From: a bacterium
GTDB lineage: Bacteria; Zhuqueibacterota; QNDG01; DSAB01
Assembly (NCBI GenBank): GCA_011388275.1
Contig: DSAB01000122.1
Location: 15,491-79,490 of the forward strand
DNA: 64,000 nt
Reading direction: 5' to 3'
Shown: piece by piece, positions 1 to 10,503 of the stretch
Position numbering within the stretch: the stretch's first letter is position 1
Layout of the letters: every line of letters starts with the position of its first letter
Notes under the pieces: model-generated
The model's input: only the letters and a program-made list of their open reading frames with translations
Database searches by the model: none
What the model was told of the DNA's origin: nothing
Program-made: the position numbers and the translations under genes

Positions 1-11
1 ATGATTCGCCG

Positions 12-588
12 TTGACCCTGAGGGATCTGGAGAAGATCAAGGAGAGTTTTTTAACGATTCTGTCCGGGACCTTTCATACTCGGGTGGAATATCCTGATAA
101 AGATGAAAACAAGAATAACAAGACGGAGTCCGATTCAACGCCGGTGGGTCGTCCGGAATCAAAGCCGGAAGCCGATCCCCGTTCCGCGAAAAACCATTCG
201 CCGACTGGCAAAGCGGGTTCTTGATTATAAGAAACCGCGGGAATGGGGGCCGCTGACCTTCGTGTTTATGGACGACCTCGAAATCCGCACGGTCAATCGG
301 CGCTTTCTCCGGCGTGACCGGCCCACGGATGTTATCGCATTTACGTACGGTGAACCGGATTGCTGGGGTGAGGTTCTCATCAATATCGATCAGGCCGGGC
401 GGCAGGCGAAGGATTACGGAGTGAGCCTGACCGAAGAGGTCGGCCGTCTGGTGGTACACGGGATGCTTCATATCATGGGATATAACGATTCGGATGAATC
501 TTCAAAGAAAAATATGAATGACATGGAAAACCACTGTCTGTCCCTCTGGATGAAGCCGGTCCAAAGAACGTCAAACAAGAAATCATGA
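12..588 (+). CDS. ybeY: Endoribonuclease YbeY. The conserved core (…DRPTDVIAFTY…VVHGMLHIMGYND) reads in the frame of ORF 103..588. A YbeY-like N-terminal helix (MTLRDLEKIKESFLTILSGTFHTRVEY, TTG at 12) lies in a different frame (ORF 12..224). Either a frameshift or an unusual N-terminus.
   Basis: Zinc-binding H-G-x-L-H-(L/I)-x-G-Y-x-(H/D) motif and R-x-D-R-P-T-D-V motif typical of YbeY. Context ybeY-corC. An A-rich low-complexity stretch at 100-260 separates the two frames. Confidence 0.6.
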
Positions 589-607
589 AAAGGAGGATGA
601 CCCTGTT

Positions 608-1900
608 TTGGAAGCGGATGCATGGATATCTCTGGTCGTTTTTATAGGACTTATCGCTTTTTCGGCGTTTTTTTCCGGGTCGGAATCGGCCTTTTTCGCC
701 ATTCCGCAGCATGAGATCAACCGGTTTCGCCGTGACAAACTGGCGAAAAAGAGCATCCGCCGAATGGTCAAATTGTTGAACAGTCCCGGTCGATTGCTGC
801 TTTCTGTATTGATCGGGAATACCATTGTCAATGTGGCTGCAGCAACCGTGGCCGCCCTGTTTATTCACGGACTGATTCAACAGGGTTTGATCAATCGTCA
901 TCTGGGAATTCTTCTTGAGATTATTACCGTGACCCTGGTTCTTTTAATATTCAGTGAAGTCAGTCCCAAAATATTCGCCGTCAAGCAGCCTGTGCGTTTT
1001 GCCTCAATGGTTTCACTTCCGCTGAGTATTTTTATCAGAATCGTATCCCCCCTGACCCATATTTTCGAACAGCTCACTCATGGATTCACCGTGCTGTTGG
1101 GCGTCAAGAAGGAGTCGCCTTTTGTCGATGAACAGGAGTTGAAAGCCCTGTTCAATGTGGGTGAAGACAACGGCGCGTTGGATGAAAATGAACGCGAGAT
1201 GATTCATTCCATTTTCACATTCGGAGAGACCACGGTTAAGGAAGTGATGATTCCCCGAACGGATATGATCTGCGTGGAAAAGGACACCGGTCTGGAAGAA
1301 GTGCTCCGACTGGTCAAGGAGAAAGGCCATTCACGCATACCTGTTTATGACGGGACAGTGGATAATATTTCGGGAATTCTATTTGTAAAGGACCTGCTTC
1401 CCTACAGTCAGGATATGCATCCGGGCAAGAATCTGACGGAATTGGTCAGAAAACCCTATTTTGTTCCGGAAAGCAAGATGATCGATGAGTTGCTGCGTGA
1501 GTTTCAGCTGGAACGTCTGCATATGGCGATTGTGGTGGATGAATACGGCGGAACCGCCGGCCTGGTTACTCTGGAAGATGTCATTGAAGAGATTGTCGGA
1601 GAGATACGAGACGAGTTCGATCGGGAAAAGCCGCTTGTCCGTCAAATTGACACCAACACCTGGATCGTTGAGGGAAAAATCAACATCGAAGATCTGAACG
1701 AAGCATTGACTCAAAGCTTTCCGGCCGAGGAAGATTATGAAACGCTGGGAGGTTTTCTGCTGAGCTTGCTGGGGCATATTCCTTCGGAAAAGGAGGAAAT
1801 AAAATATGGATCCTGGCATATGATCATTGAGAAAGTGGTGGGTCAGCGTATCACCAAGGTCCGAATGATCAAAGAAACGGCTCTGGGGGGGGAGACGTGA
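608..1900 (+). CDS. corC: CNNM/CorC-HlyC family Mg2+/Co2+ efflux protein (DUF21 transmembrane domain + CBS pair + CorC_HlyC C-terminal domain)
   Basis: N-terminal [12 protein letters not shown] motif of DUF21, CBS-pair region and C-terminal transporter-associated domain. TTG start at 608 directly after ybeY. Confidence 0.85.
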   Translation: MEADAWISLVVFIGLIAFSAFFSGSESAFFAIPQHEINRFRRDKLAKKSIRRMVKLLNSPGRLLLSVLIGNTIVNVAAATVAALFIHGLIQQGLINRHLGILLEIITVTLVLLIFSEVSPKIFAVKQPVRFASMVSLPLSIFIRIVSPLTHIFEQLTHGFTVLLGVKKESPFVDEQELKALFNVGEDNGALDENEREMIHSIFTFGETTVKEVMIPRTDMICVEKDTGLEEVLRLVKEKGHSRIPVYDGTVDNISGILFVKDLLPYSQDMHPGKNLTELVRKPYFVPESKMIDELLREFQLERLHMAIVVDEYGGTAGLVTLEDVIEEIVGEIRDEFDREKPLVRQIDTNTWIVEGKINIEDLNEALTQSFPAEEDYETLGGFLLSLLGHIPSEKEEIKYGSWHMIIEKVVGQRITKVRMIKETALGGET

Positions 1901-1922
1901 TGGTTTGCAAGGCGGGGCATTC

Positions 1923-3302
1923 ATGAGCCGTATCCGAAAGCGCCTCAAAGTATATATGGAAGATCTGGCTCCTCATCGGATCATCGTCTTTTCCTTTTTA
2001 GGAATGATCGGAGCGGGAACGCTTCTGCTCAGGAGTCCATGGTCAGGTGCTCAAGGACATCTCACCGGGGTGGAAGCTCTTTTTACCGCTGTTTCAGCGG
2101 TTTGTGTGACTGGATTGACGGTGATCGATATCAGCACTGAATTGTCCGGTTTCGGCCGTTGGGTGGTTTTGATTCTGATTCAATGCGGCGGCCTGGGAAT
2201 CATGACCTTCTCAACTTTTTTTGTCTATTTGTTGGGGCGCCGTCTCTCCATGCGGGACCGGGAGATCATTGATACGACATTGAGCTACACCCAAGAAAGG
2301 AATATCGGGTCGCTTCTCATTCGTGTCATGGGCTTTGTGTTCATGATCGAAGCGATTGGAGCCGCGGCACTCACTTTGCGTTTTCACGAATACTATCCGT
2401 TTGACCGCGCGGTCTATCATGGAATTTTTCATTCCATCTCCGCTTTCTGCAACGCGGGATTCAGCCTCTACGCTCGGAGTTTTGAGGGATTCAGGCAGGA
2501 TGTCTGGATCAATATTATCCTGATGGCGCTTATCGTTTTAGGGGGACTGGGTTTTGTCGTCATTCTTGATTTGTGGCGCGGGCTGATATCCCGAAAACGG
2601 GCCTTGTCATTCCATGCCAAAGTGGTTTTAACGGTGACATTCATTCTGATATTCTCCGGAGGTATCCTGTTCTGGCTCGTGGAGCAGCCCCATATTTTTC
2701 AATCTTTTTCAACCGGAGAGTCGGTTCTGGCGGCTTTGTTTCAGTCTATTACCGCGCGAACCGCAGGGTTCAACACACTGGATATCGGATTATTAACCAA
2801 CACGGCCTGTATGGTTCTGATGTTTCTCATGTTCATCGGCGCGGCTCCCGGTTCCTGCGGAGGAGGCGTCAAAGTCACCACCGCAGGCATTCTGGTTTCC
2901 ATGCTGATATCGAGAATCCGCGGGGCTGATGAAGCACAGATGTTTCATCGAAACGTATCGCGTGAAACTTTTTCTAAAGCACTTGTTATTATCTTCGGCG
3001 CCCTGGTACTGATTTCAGCCGTTTTTTTCGGTCTTCTGCTGACCGAGGGATGGAATATCAGCCCGCAGGAGAGCCGCGGTCATTTTCTCGAGCTGGCGTT
3101 TGAAACGGTTTCGGCGTTCGGCACAGTCGGCCTTTCCATGGGTGTGACCCGTGAATTGTCCACAGGCGGGCGCCTGTTGATCATTTTATTGATGTTTGCT
3201 GGCCGTCTGGGTCCTTTGACACTGGCCGTAGCCCTGTCGGATCCCAGGATGAAGAGAAAAATCCGCTATAGTTACGCCAAAGGGGAAATAATGGTCGGTT
3301 GA
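1923..3302 (+). CDS. ktrB: TrkH/KtrB family K+ uptake membrane subunit
   Basis: Multiple TM segments with repeated GGxG-like selectivity-filter motifs (GGLGIMTF, CGGGVKVTT). ATG at 1923 preferred over the TTG at 1905. Confidence 0.85.
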   Translation: MSRIRKRLKVYMEDLAPHRIIVFSFLGMIGAGTLLLRSPWSGAQGHLTGVEALFTAVSAVCVTGLTVIDISTELSGFGRWVVLILIQCGGLGIMTFSTFFVYLLGRRLSMRDREIIDTTLSYTQERNIGSLLIRVMGFVFMIEAIGAAALTLRFHEYYPFDRAVYHGIFHSISAFCNAGFSLYARSFEGFRQDVWINIILMALIVLGGLGFVVILDLWRGLISRKRALSFHAKVVLTVTFILIFSGGILFWLVEQPHIFQSFSTGESVLAALFQSITARTAGFNTLDIGLLTNTACMVLMFLMFIGAAPGSCGGGVKVTTAGILVSMLISRIRGADEAQMFHRNVSRETFSKALVIIFGALVLISAVFFGLLLTEGWNISPQESRGHFLELAFETVSAFGTVGLSMGVTRELSTGGRLLIILLMFAGRLGPLTLAVALSDPRMKRKIRYSYAKGEIMVG

Positions 3303-3367
3303 CCCGCTTTGGCTCAATATGCGCTTTTTACCGAGGCGATCCGGAATAGACCATTTATGGAGGTTCA

Positions 3368-4018
3368 ATGAGAAGCATCGCCATTATCGGATTGAGCAGT
3401 TTTGGTTATTTCCTGGCAAAAGATCTGGCCCGGGAAGGCATCAAAATCATGGCTCTTGATCTGGATGAGGAAAAGGTCGAGAAGATCAAGCGTTCCGTCG
3501 AAAGAGCCGTTATCGCCGACGGAACCGACAAGGATACTCTGGAAAAGCTTGGCCTCAAAGAACTGGATGGTGTGGTGGTCAGCCTGGGGCAGATAGAGTC
3601 CAGCGTTCTGGCTGTGATGCATCTCCGTGAAATGAAAATAAAACGGATCGTGGCCAAAGCGCTGAGCGAAGAACATGGAAAAATCCTGAATATGCTGGGA
3701 GCCACGGATGTCATTTTTCCTGAAAAGGACATGGCTTTCAGAGTGGCGAGAACACTGACCCATGAGAACATACTCGATCACATCCCCCTGTCTCATGGTT
3801 TCAGTATCATTCAGGTGTCTCCTCCCATGTCATTTCTGCATAAATCTCTGGGCGAACTGGATTTACGGAGAAAGTACGGCATACAGGTCATTGTGATCAG
3901 GGAAATGGTTCCGGAGAATGTGATTATGATACCCACGGCCGATCATGTTATTAAAGACAGTGACGCGCTGGTGATTATGGGAAAAGATAAAGATTTAAAG
4001 AAGATTCAGGATTTATGA
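3368..4018 (+). CDS. ktrA: TrkA/KtrA K+ uptake regulatory subunit (TrkA-N Rossmann NAD-binding + TrkA-C)
   Basis: N-terminal IAIIGLSSFGYFLAKDL Rossmann motif. 216 aa with the typical KtrA two-domain layout. Follows ktrB. Confidence 0.85.
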   Translation: MRSIAIIGLSSFGYFLAKDLAREGIKIMALDLDEEKVEKIKRSVERAVIADGTDKDTLEKLGLKELDGVVVSLGQIESSVLAVMHLREMKIKRIVAKALSEEHGKILNMLGATDVIFPEKDMAFRVARTLTHENILDHIPLSHGFSIIQVSPPMSFLHKSLGELDLRRKYGIQVIVIREMVPENVIMIPTADHVIKDSDALVIMGKDKDLKKIQDL

Positions 4019-4085
4019 TGTTCAGGATAATCGATAAAAATACTTTGTTTTTAAAAATATTTATTTTATCTTAAAAATTACTCAT

Positions 4086-4170
4086 GCGAGAGTGGCGGAA
4101 CTGGCAGACGCGCCAGACTTAGGATCTGGTGTCCTTCGGACGTGTGGGTTCGAGTCCCTCCTCTCGCACC
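4086..4170 (+). tRNA. tRNA-Leu (anticodon TAG), 85 nt with long variable arm
   Basis: Acceptor stem GCGAGAG/CTCTCGC. Anticodon stem-loop CCAGA-CTTAGGA-TCTGG gives anticodon TAG. Long variable arm typical of class II tRNA-Leu. T-arm GGTTCGAGTCC. Confidence 0.85.
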
Positions 4171-4193
4171 CAGTCAATTGAAGGAGTCTGATA

Positions 4194-5474
4194 TTGAAAG
4201 TTGCGGTAAAAACCGTTCATTCCTGGATGAAGCAGGTGGACGTGGAAGTCCCCTATGATGAAGTGGAACCCCATCTGGAAAAGGTGTTCAGGAAATTTCA
4301 GCGGACGATCAATCTGGACGGTTTCCGCAAAGGAAAAGTTCCCCTATCGATCATTCGTCAGCGATATGGAGATGCCGTAAAAGCGGACGCAGCCGAAGAT
4401 CTGATGCAGATCTTTTTTCAAAAAGCCGTCGAAACAGAGCAGCTGAAGGTGGTGGCGCCTGCCAGGGCCAGGAAAATAGAATTCGAAGAAGGAAAGCCTT
4501 TCAGTTTTTCTCTGGATGTCGAAGTCCGTCCGGATATAGAGGTCAGGACCTATTCCGATTTCAAGGTGGAGAAATCGATTCGCAAGGTCACGGATGAAGA
4601 CGTTGAACAATCCTTGCGCTATCTTCGGGAACAGCGGGCCGAGCTGAAACCTGTCAGCGATGGAGCCCGAAGCGGTCACATTCTGCAGGGTGATGTTCAG
4701 GCGTTGGACAGTTCAGGAGTTCCACTGCTCGGTCAGCATTGGGAAGACCGTGTTCTGGTTTTGGGAGAACCGCCGCTGACGGGTGACGCGGCGGAAGTTC
4801 TCAACGGCGTCAGAGAAGGAGAAAGCCGCAAATTCCGGCTCACCGGATCCGGCCGGGAGGGACAGACGCATGATGAATGGTACTCCCTGACGGTTAAATC
4901 AATTCAGGAGAAGATACTGCCTTCTATGGATGACGGCTTCGCTCGATCGATCGGTGAATACGAGAATCTGACGGCATTAAAGGAGGCCCTGAGAAAACGT
5001 TTGACCGAACAGTGGGATGAAGAAGGTGAAGTACAGGTTCAGCACCGTATCGCGGATGAAATTATCCGCCGCAATGATTTTGAGTTGCCTCCGGCCATGG
5101 TCGAAAACATGCTCGACTCGCTTTGGGAGAATTATAAAGACCGTGATCAAAACATGGAGCGTGAAGATTTTTTCAAGGAAAACCGGCCCGATGTCATTTG
5201 GAATCTCAAATGGAACCTGATTCAGGAGAAGATTGCCGAACAGGAAAATCTGCGTGTCACGGATTCCGATTTGGATGAAGAAATCGAAAGATTGGCCGGT
5301 TTGGATTCAAAAAATGAGAAGAAGATCAGAGCATTTTTTACCAAGACGGATGAAAGAAGCCGGTTGAAAGACCGAATGCTGGGGAATAAAATCATGGATT
5401 TGATCAAGTCGCGAATCAAGATCAAGGAGGTTACGGTTAAATCGTCGAAACGAAAGAGCGATCTGATCGTTTGA
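4194..5474 (+). CDS. tig: Trigger factor (ribosome-associated chaperone / PPIase)
   Basis: N-terminal ribosome-binding region with GFRKGKVP signature. 426 aa. TTG start with AAGGAG RBS at 4181-4186. Classic tig-clpP-clpX order. Confidence 0.9.
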   Translation: MKVAVKTVHSWMKQVDVEVPYDEVEPHLEKVFRKFQRTINLDGFRKGKVPLSIIRQRYGDAVKADAAEDLMQIFFQKAVETEQLKVVAPARARKIEFEEGKPFSFSLDVEVRPDIEVRTYSDFKVEKSIRKVTDEDVEQSLRYLREQRAELKPVSDGARSGHILQGDVQALDSSGVPLLGQHWEDRVLVLGEPPLTGDAAEVLNGVREGESRKFRLTGSGREGQTHDEWYSLTVKSIQEKILPSMDDGFARSIGEYENLTALKEALRKRLTEQWDEEGEVQVQHRIADEIIRRNDFELPPAMVENMLDSLWENYKDRDQNMEREDFFKENRPDVIWNLKWNLIQEKIAEQENLRVTDSDLDEEIERLAGLDSKNEKKIRAFFTKTDERSRLKDRMLGNKIMDLIKSRIKIKEVTVKSSKRKSDLIV

Positions 5475-5514
5475 TTTTCCGATCATCAAACAGCAATAAC
5501 ATAAAGGATGGAAT

Positions 5515-6123
5515 ATGAGTTTGGTTCCGATTGTTGTTGAACAGACCGGCCGCGGTGAGAGGGCTTACGATATTTTCTCGAGGCTCCTGAAGGAACGGAT
5601 TGTATTCATCGGTACGGCGATTGATGACAATGCAGCCAGCCTGATCATCGCCCAGCTCCTTTTTCTCGCCGCCGAAGATCCGGAAAAGGATATATTCCTT
5701 TATCTGAACACACCGGGAGGTTACGTTTCATCAGGGTTGGCCATCTATGACACCATGCAGTATGTCCGCCCCGACATCGCGACCATCTGCATGGGACAGG
5801 CTTCCAGTATGGGGGCTCTTCTTCTGGCTGCGGGCACCAAAGGAAAACGTTCGGCATTGCCTCATGCCCGTATCATGATTCATCAGCCCCTGGGAGGCGC
5901 GCAGGGTCAGGCAACGGATATCGAAATACAGACCAGAGAGATTCTTACGCTGCGTGAACGCCTGAATCATATCCTGGTCAAACACACAGGACAGGATTTG
6001 AAAAAAATCGAGCAGGATACGGACCGGAATTTTTACATGTCTTCCGAAGAAGCCAAAGAATACGGACTGATCGATGAAGTCATGGTCCGCAGAGAGAAGA
6101 ACAAGAAAAAAGCGGAGAAATAA
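5515..6123 (+). CDS. clpP: ATP-dependent Clp protease proteolytic subunit ClpP
   Basis: Conserved ClpP core (…RIVFIG…LYLNTPGG…[15 protein letters not shown]…HQPLGG…). Catalytic Ser in GQASSMG. Confidence 0.95.
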   Translation: MSLVPIVVEQTGRGERAYDIFSRLLKERIVFIGTAIDDNAASLIIAQLLFLAAEDPEKDIFLYLNTPGGYVSSGLAIYDTMQYVRPDIATICMGQASSMGALLLAAGTKGKRSALPHARIMIHQPLGGAQGQATDIEIQTREILTLRERLNHILVKHTGQDLKKIEQDTDRNFYMSSEEAKEYGLIDEVMVRREKNKKKAEK

Positions 6124-6125
6124 TA

Positions 6126-7358
6126 TTGGATCGATCCTATACGTGCTCATTTTGCGGCCGGTCTTCCGATGAAGTTGATGCGATCGTTACCGGACCCGGT
6201 GTGAATATTTGCAGTGAATGTGTCCGTTATGCCGAAGAAATCATTCACAGCGATCGAACCAGGGCAACCGAGGCTCGAAGCCAGCCTCTGCCGGTCCCTA
6301 TTGAAATCAAACGGGAACTGGACGAATTTGTCATCGGACAGGAGTCGGCCAAAAAGGCGATCTCGGTGGCTGTGTACAACCATTACAAGAGAATTAACGA
6401 CAGGCCCAATGAGAATGACGTGGAGATATCGAAGAGCAATATCCTCCTGATCGGGCCGACAGGCACTGGCAAGACACTTATGGCTCAGACGCTGGCGCGT
6501 TTTCTTAAGGTTCCTTTTGCCATTGCGGACGCTACCACTCTGACTGAGTCGGGATATGTGGGTGAGGATGTGGAGAATGTTCTGGTTCGTCTTTTAAGCG
6601 CAGCGGATTACCGTCTTGACAAAGCGGAAAAGGGGATCGTCTATGTGGATGAGATTGACAAGATTGCCAGAAAATCTGAAAGCTCGTCCATTACACGGGA
6701 TGTGTCCGGAGAGGGCGTTCAGCAGGGGCTGTTGAAACTGCTGGAAGGATCTGTTGTTTCCGTGCCGCCGAAAGGGGGGCGGAAACATCCTGAACAGAGC
6801 CTGATCCAGGTCAACACCAGGGACATTCTTTTTATCTGCGGCGGATCGTTCGAGGGCCTGGATAAAATCGTCGCGCGGCGTATTGGAGAGAAGACGTACG
6901 GATTCGGCGCCGATATTGTGAGACAGAAAGATTATCAAATGAATGAGCTGCTGCAAAAGACCGGTCCCGATGATTTGCTTCGTTTCGGTCTTATCCCGGA
7001 ATTGATCGGAAGACTGCCGGTTATTTCCGCCCTGAACGAGCTGGATCAACAGTCTTTGCGCCGGATTCTGCTCGAACCCAAAAATGCGCTGGTCAAACAG
7101 TATCAGCGGCTTTTTGAGATCGATCTTGTCAAGCTCGAGTTTGAAGATGCCGCCATTGACGCCGTCGTAAAACTGGCCATGGAAAAAAAGACGGGTGCCC
7201 GGGCCCTTCGAAGCATCATGGAAGAGACCATGCTGGACATCATGTTCGAGCTTCCCTCCATGGAGAATGTAGAGAGATGTTTCATTACCGAATCGGTGAT
7301 TTTAAGAAGGGAAAAACCGGTTTATTCCTTGAAAAAAGTGCAAAAACAAAGGGCCTGA
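6126..7358 (+). CDS. clpX: ATP-dependent Clp protease ATP-binding subunit ClpX
   Basis: N-terminal C4 zinc finger (CSFCG…CSEC), Walker [12 protein letters not shown]+ core. TTG start. Confidence 0.95.
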   Translation: MDRSYTCSFCGRSSDEVDAIVTGPGVNICSECVRYAEEIIHSDRTRATEARSQPLPVPIEIKRELDEFVIGQESAKKAISVAVYNHYKRINDRPNENDVEISKSNILLIGPTGTGKTLMAQTLARFLKVPFAIADATTLTESGYVGEDVENVLVRLLSAADYRLDKAEKGIVYVDEIDKIARKSESSSITRDVSGEGVQQGLLKLLEGSVVSVPPKGGRKHPEQSLIQVNTRDILFICGGSFEGLDKIVARRIGEKTYGFGADIVRQKDYQMNELLQKTGPDDLLRFGLIPELIGRLPVISALNELDQQSLRRILLEPKNALVKQYQRLFEIDLVKLEFEDAAIDAVVKLAMEKKTGARALRSIMEETMLDIMFELPSMENVERCFITESVILRREKPVYSLKKVQKQRA

Positions 7359-7404
7359 TCCCGTTGACGGGCCGTCTGTCCAAACTTGATGATGAATTCT
7401 GCCT

Positions 7405-10400
7405 TTGGAACAGGCAGGGATACACCTCATGGATGATCGCTGCTGGATCGGCCTCGATGTGGGCTCTGTCAGTATCAATCTGGCCGCTGTGGCCGGAAAA
7501 CTCGATGAAGGAACCCGTAGGGACCTTGAGGCAGACGGTTTTTCGGTGCGGTCTCTTGATATTTGTGGCTTGTCGAATAATAATGACTCCCCGAATCTGA
7601 TACTTTCCCCCTATATACGCCACCAGGGTGAGGTGGGCGGCAGTATTGAAATACTCCAGAATCGATTCAAAAAACATATTCCGGAATCCGGCTGGTGTTC
7701 CGTGTGGGTTACCGGTTCAGGCGGAACCAATCTTCGGCAGCGGAGAGGTTATCAGTATGTGAATGAATTCCAGGCCGCCGCACGGGGTGTTGCCGCGCTT
7801 TGTCCGAAGGTGAAAACCCTTTTCGAACTGGGCGGAGAACGGTCCAAATATATCCGCATCGAACCGGATGCTTCGGGTTCGGTTCGAATACTGGAATATG
7901 AGTGCAACGGAGAGTGTGCTGCGGGTACGGGTTCGTTTTTCGATCAGCAGGCCGGGCGATTGAAAATTCCGATCAATGAAACGGGATCGATTATCCAGGG
8001 GGCCGGCCGGACTGCGTCTATTGCCGGACGATGTTCCGTATTCGCCAAATCGGATATGATTCATGCTCAGCAGTTGGGGTATACGCCCGCCGAAGTGCTT
8101 AAGGGCCTGTGTGAAGCGGTGGCCAGAAATTTCAAAGGAACGATCGCCAAAGGAAAACAGATTGAAGTTCCGGTCGCCCTGATCGGAGGGCTGGCTCAGA
8201 ATCCGGGTGTGGTTGATGCCATGCGAAGGCTGTTCGGCCTGGAAAAGAGGCATCTGATTGTTCCTCCTGAACATGCGTGGATGGGAGCTGTCGGAAGTGC
8301 CCTGACGGCTCAACAGAAAGACACCGGAAAAAAATCCGTTACGGTTTTTTTTGAACCGAAGAAAAAACAAAACTTCGACATTCCCCGAATGCCGCCTCTC
8401 AGGATGGACAAGGTGCGCCTGATGCGTAATGAAAACCAGGTCTACCGGTTTCCGGGAAAGCAAACCGTGGACGCTTTTCTCGGAATTGACATCGGATCGG
8501 TGAGCACCAATCTGGCCCTGCTCGATGAATCGGGATCGTTGATATTCGGATTATACCGGATGACCGATGGACGGCCTGTGGAAGTGGTCACTCGAGCCCT
8601 GAAGGATATGGGCCGGGCCATGAAAAACCGCGTCCGGATACAGGGAGCCGCCACAACCGGTTCGGGACGAGAACTCATTGGAGCCCTCGTGGGTGCCGAC
8701 ATCATCAAAGATGAAATAACGGCCCATAAAACCGGAGCCGTGGATATCAGTCGCCGGATTTGGAAACGAGGGGTTGACACCATATTTGAAATAGGCGGTC
8801 AGGATTCAAAGTTCATTTCCATTCAGGATGGAGTGGTGGTGGATTTCAGCCTTAATGAAGCCTGCGCGGCGGGGACCGGGTCCTTTCTGGAGGAGCAGGC
8901 ACAGGAACTGGGCATCTCCATACGGAATGAGTTTGCCGAACTGGCGCTGAGCTCCGAGACCCCCCTGCGCCTTGGTGAACGGTGCACGGTGTTCATGGAA
9001 AAAGAGCTGATACCTTATTGCCAGCGGGGGATTGACAAAAAAGACATTGCGGCCGGACTGGCCTATTCCATTGTTCAAAACTATCTGAACCGGGTCGTAA
9101 AGAGAAGACACATCGGCGAGCGGATATTCTTTCAGGGGGGTACCGCGTACAACGACAGCGTGGCTGCGGCTTTTGCCACCTTGCTCGATCGGGAAATCGT
9201 GGTGCCTCCTCATAACGGAATCATGGGGGCGATCGGGGCCGCCATGCTGGTCAGAGACACGAACAGGACGCGCGGCACCGGATTCCGGGACTGGAATCTG
9301 GATGCCGTACCCAGACGGATGAAAACCTTCACCTGCCGCGGCTGCTCCAATGAATGCTGCATTCAGGAGTTTGATGTAGAGGGCGAAAAATATTACTGGG
9401 GCGACAAATGCAGCGAACGCTACCGGAAACGGGTAAAAAGCCGGTCAAAGGCCTTTGTCGACGATCTGATAGAGATGCGCCGCAAATGGTTCGAGCCCGT
9501 GTCTGCATTGAAGCCGAAAATGCGAGGGCGTGTGGCGATACCGATGTCCCTGCATTTTTATGACCGGTTGCTTTTCTGGAAGACCTACTTTGATACGCTG
9601 GGGTTCGAAACCGTTTGCACGGGACCGACGACACAGTGCGTGATCCACCAGGGGGTCGAAGCCGCGCAGGCCGAACCGTGTTTTCCGGTTCAGGTGGCAC
9701 ACGGTCATACGCTTTTGGCTGTTTCCCTCAATCCGGATTGGATTTTCTGTCCCAATGTGGTCAGCGAAGAAGATCCGACAAACAGCGTGGCTTCATTTAT
9801 ATGTCCCTGGACCCAAACATGGCCGCTTGTTATTCGCAATACGCCCGCATTTGAAACGAATTTGGAAAAAATCTGGGATCCAAATATTCAGTTCCGTGAG
9901 GGTGAGCGGTTCGTTGCAGGTCAGCTCTACCGTCAGGGCCGGCACCTGGGTTTCTCGAAACACGAAAACCGCCGGGCGGTGGAGGAGGCCTATGCGGCGC
10001 ATCGGCAGTTTTTAATGAAAATCAGGAGAACAGGCTTGTCTGTGTTTCGTCGAATTCAATCGGAGAATATTCCCTGTGTTTTGCTTCTGGGCCGGCCCTA
10101 CAATCTCTATGATTCAGGTTTGAATCTGAATATTCCTCGCAAACTGCGGCATCTGTACGGCGTGAATGTGTTTCCTCTGGATTTTCTGCCGCTGGAGGAA
10201 GTCGACATCCGGTCGGTACATGATCATATGTTCTGGAATTACGGACGCCGCATACTGCAGGCGGCGTGTCTGGCGGCAAAAACACCAAACATGCATGTGA
10301 TCTATTTGAGCAATTTCAAATGCGGGCCCGATTCCTATATTCGGCATTATGTCGAAGAGATCCTGGGGCGTCCTTTTCTCTTCCTGCAGCTGGACAGCCA

Positions 10401-10467
10401 TGCCAATGATGCCGGAATCCTTACTCGCATCGAAGCCTTTCTGGAAAGCCATCAACTGATATCCTGA
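7405..10467 (+). CDS. Large double BadF/BadG/BcrA/BcrD-type ATPase (two tandem CoA-substrate-specific enzyme activase-like domains) with a Cys-rich C-terminal domain of the uncharacterised 2-hydroxyacyl-CoA-dehydratase-related type
   Basis: Two copies of the acetate/sugar-kinase-fold phosphate-1 motif (GLDVGSVSINLA and GIDIGSVSTNLAL). Each is followed by a C-x-x-x-x-A-A-G-T-G-S-F motif (ECAAGTGSFFDQQA; EACAAGTGSFLEEQA) typical of HgdC/BcrAD activases. Long cysteine-containing C-terminal extension. Confidence 0.7.
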   Translation: MEQAGIHLMDDRCWIGLDVGSVSINLAAVAGKLDEGTRRDLEADGFSVRSLDICGLSNNNDSPNLILSPYIRHQGEVGGSIEILQNRFKKHIPESGWCSVWVTGSGGTNLRQRRGYQYVNEFQAAARGVAALCPKVKTLFELGGERSKYIRIEPDASGSVRILEYECNGECAAGTGSFFDQQAGRLKIPINETGSIIQGAGRTASIAGRCSVFAKSDMIHAQQLGYTPAEVLKGLCEAVARNFKGTIAKGKQIEVPVALIGGLAQNPGVVDAMRRLFGLEKRHLIVPPEHAWMGAVGSALTAQQKDTGKKSVTVFFEPKKKQNFDIPRMPPLRMDKVRLMRNENQVYRFPGKQTVDAFLGIDIGSVSTNLALLDESGSLIFGLYRMTDGRPVEVVTRALKDMGRAMKNRVRIQGAATTGSGRELIGALVGADIIKDEITAHKTGAVDISRRIWKRGVDTIFEIGGQDSKFISIQDGVVVDFSLNEACAAGTGSFLEEQAQELGISIRNEFAELALSSETPLRLGERCTVFMEKELIPYCQRGIDKKDIAAGLAYSIVQNYLNRVVKRRHIGERIFFQGGTAYNDSVAAAFATLLDREIVVPPHNGIMGAIGAAMLVRDTNRTRGTGFRDWNLDAVPRRMKTFTCRGCSNECCIQEFDVEGEKYYWGDKCSERYRKRVKSRSKAFVDDLIEMRRKWFEPVSALKPKMRGRVAIPMSLHFYDRLLFWKTYFDTLGFETVCTGPTTQCVIHQGVEAAQAEPCFPVQVAHGHTLLAVSLNPDWIFCPNVVSEEDPTNSVASFICPWTQTWPLVIRNTPAFETNLEKIWDPNIQFREGERFVAGQLYRQGRHLGFSKHENRRAVEEAYAAHRQFLMKIRRTGLSVFRRIQSENIPCVLLLGRPYNLYDSGLNLNIPRKLRHLYGVNVFPLDFLPLEEVDIRSVHDHMFWNYGRRILQAACLAAKTPNMHVIYLSNFKCGPDSYIRHYVEEILGRPFLFLQLDSHANDAGILTRIEAFLESHQLIS

Positions 10468-10503
10468 ATATGGGAAAGGCCTGTAAAAATCGTCAAACCT
10501 TAA

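Noticed and set aside
7359-7404. Possible terminator after clpX (GGGCC…CCCGTTGACGGGCC)
   Set aside because: The repeats are mostly direct rather than inverted. The only inverted element (CCCGT/ACGGG) has a 2-nt loop and no T-tract. Not a credible intrinsic terminator.
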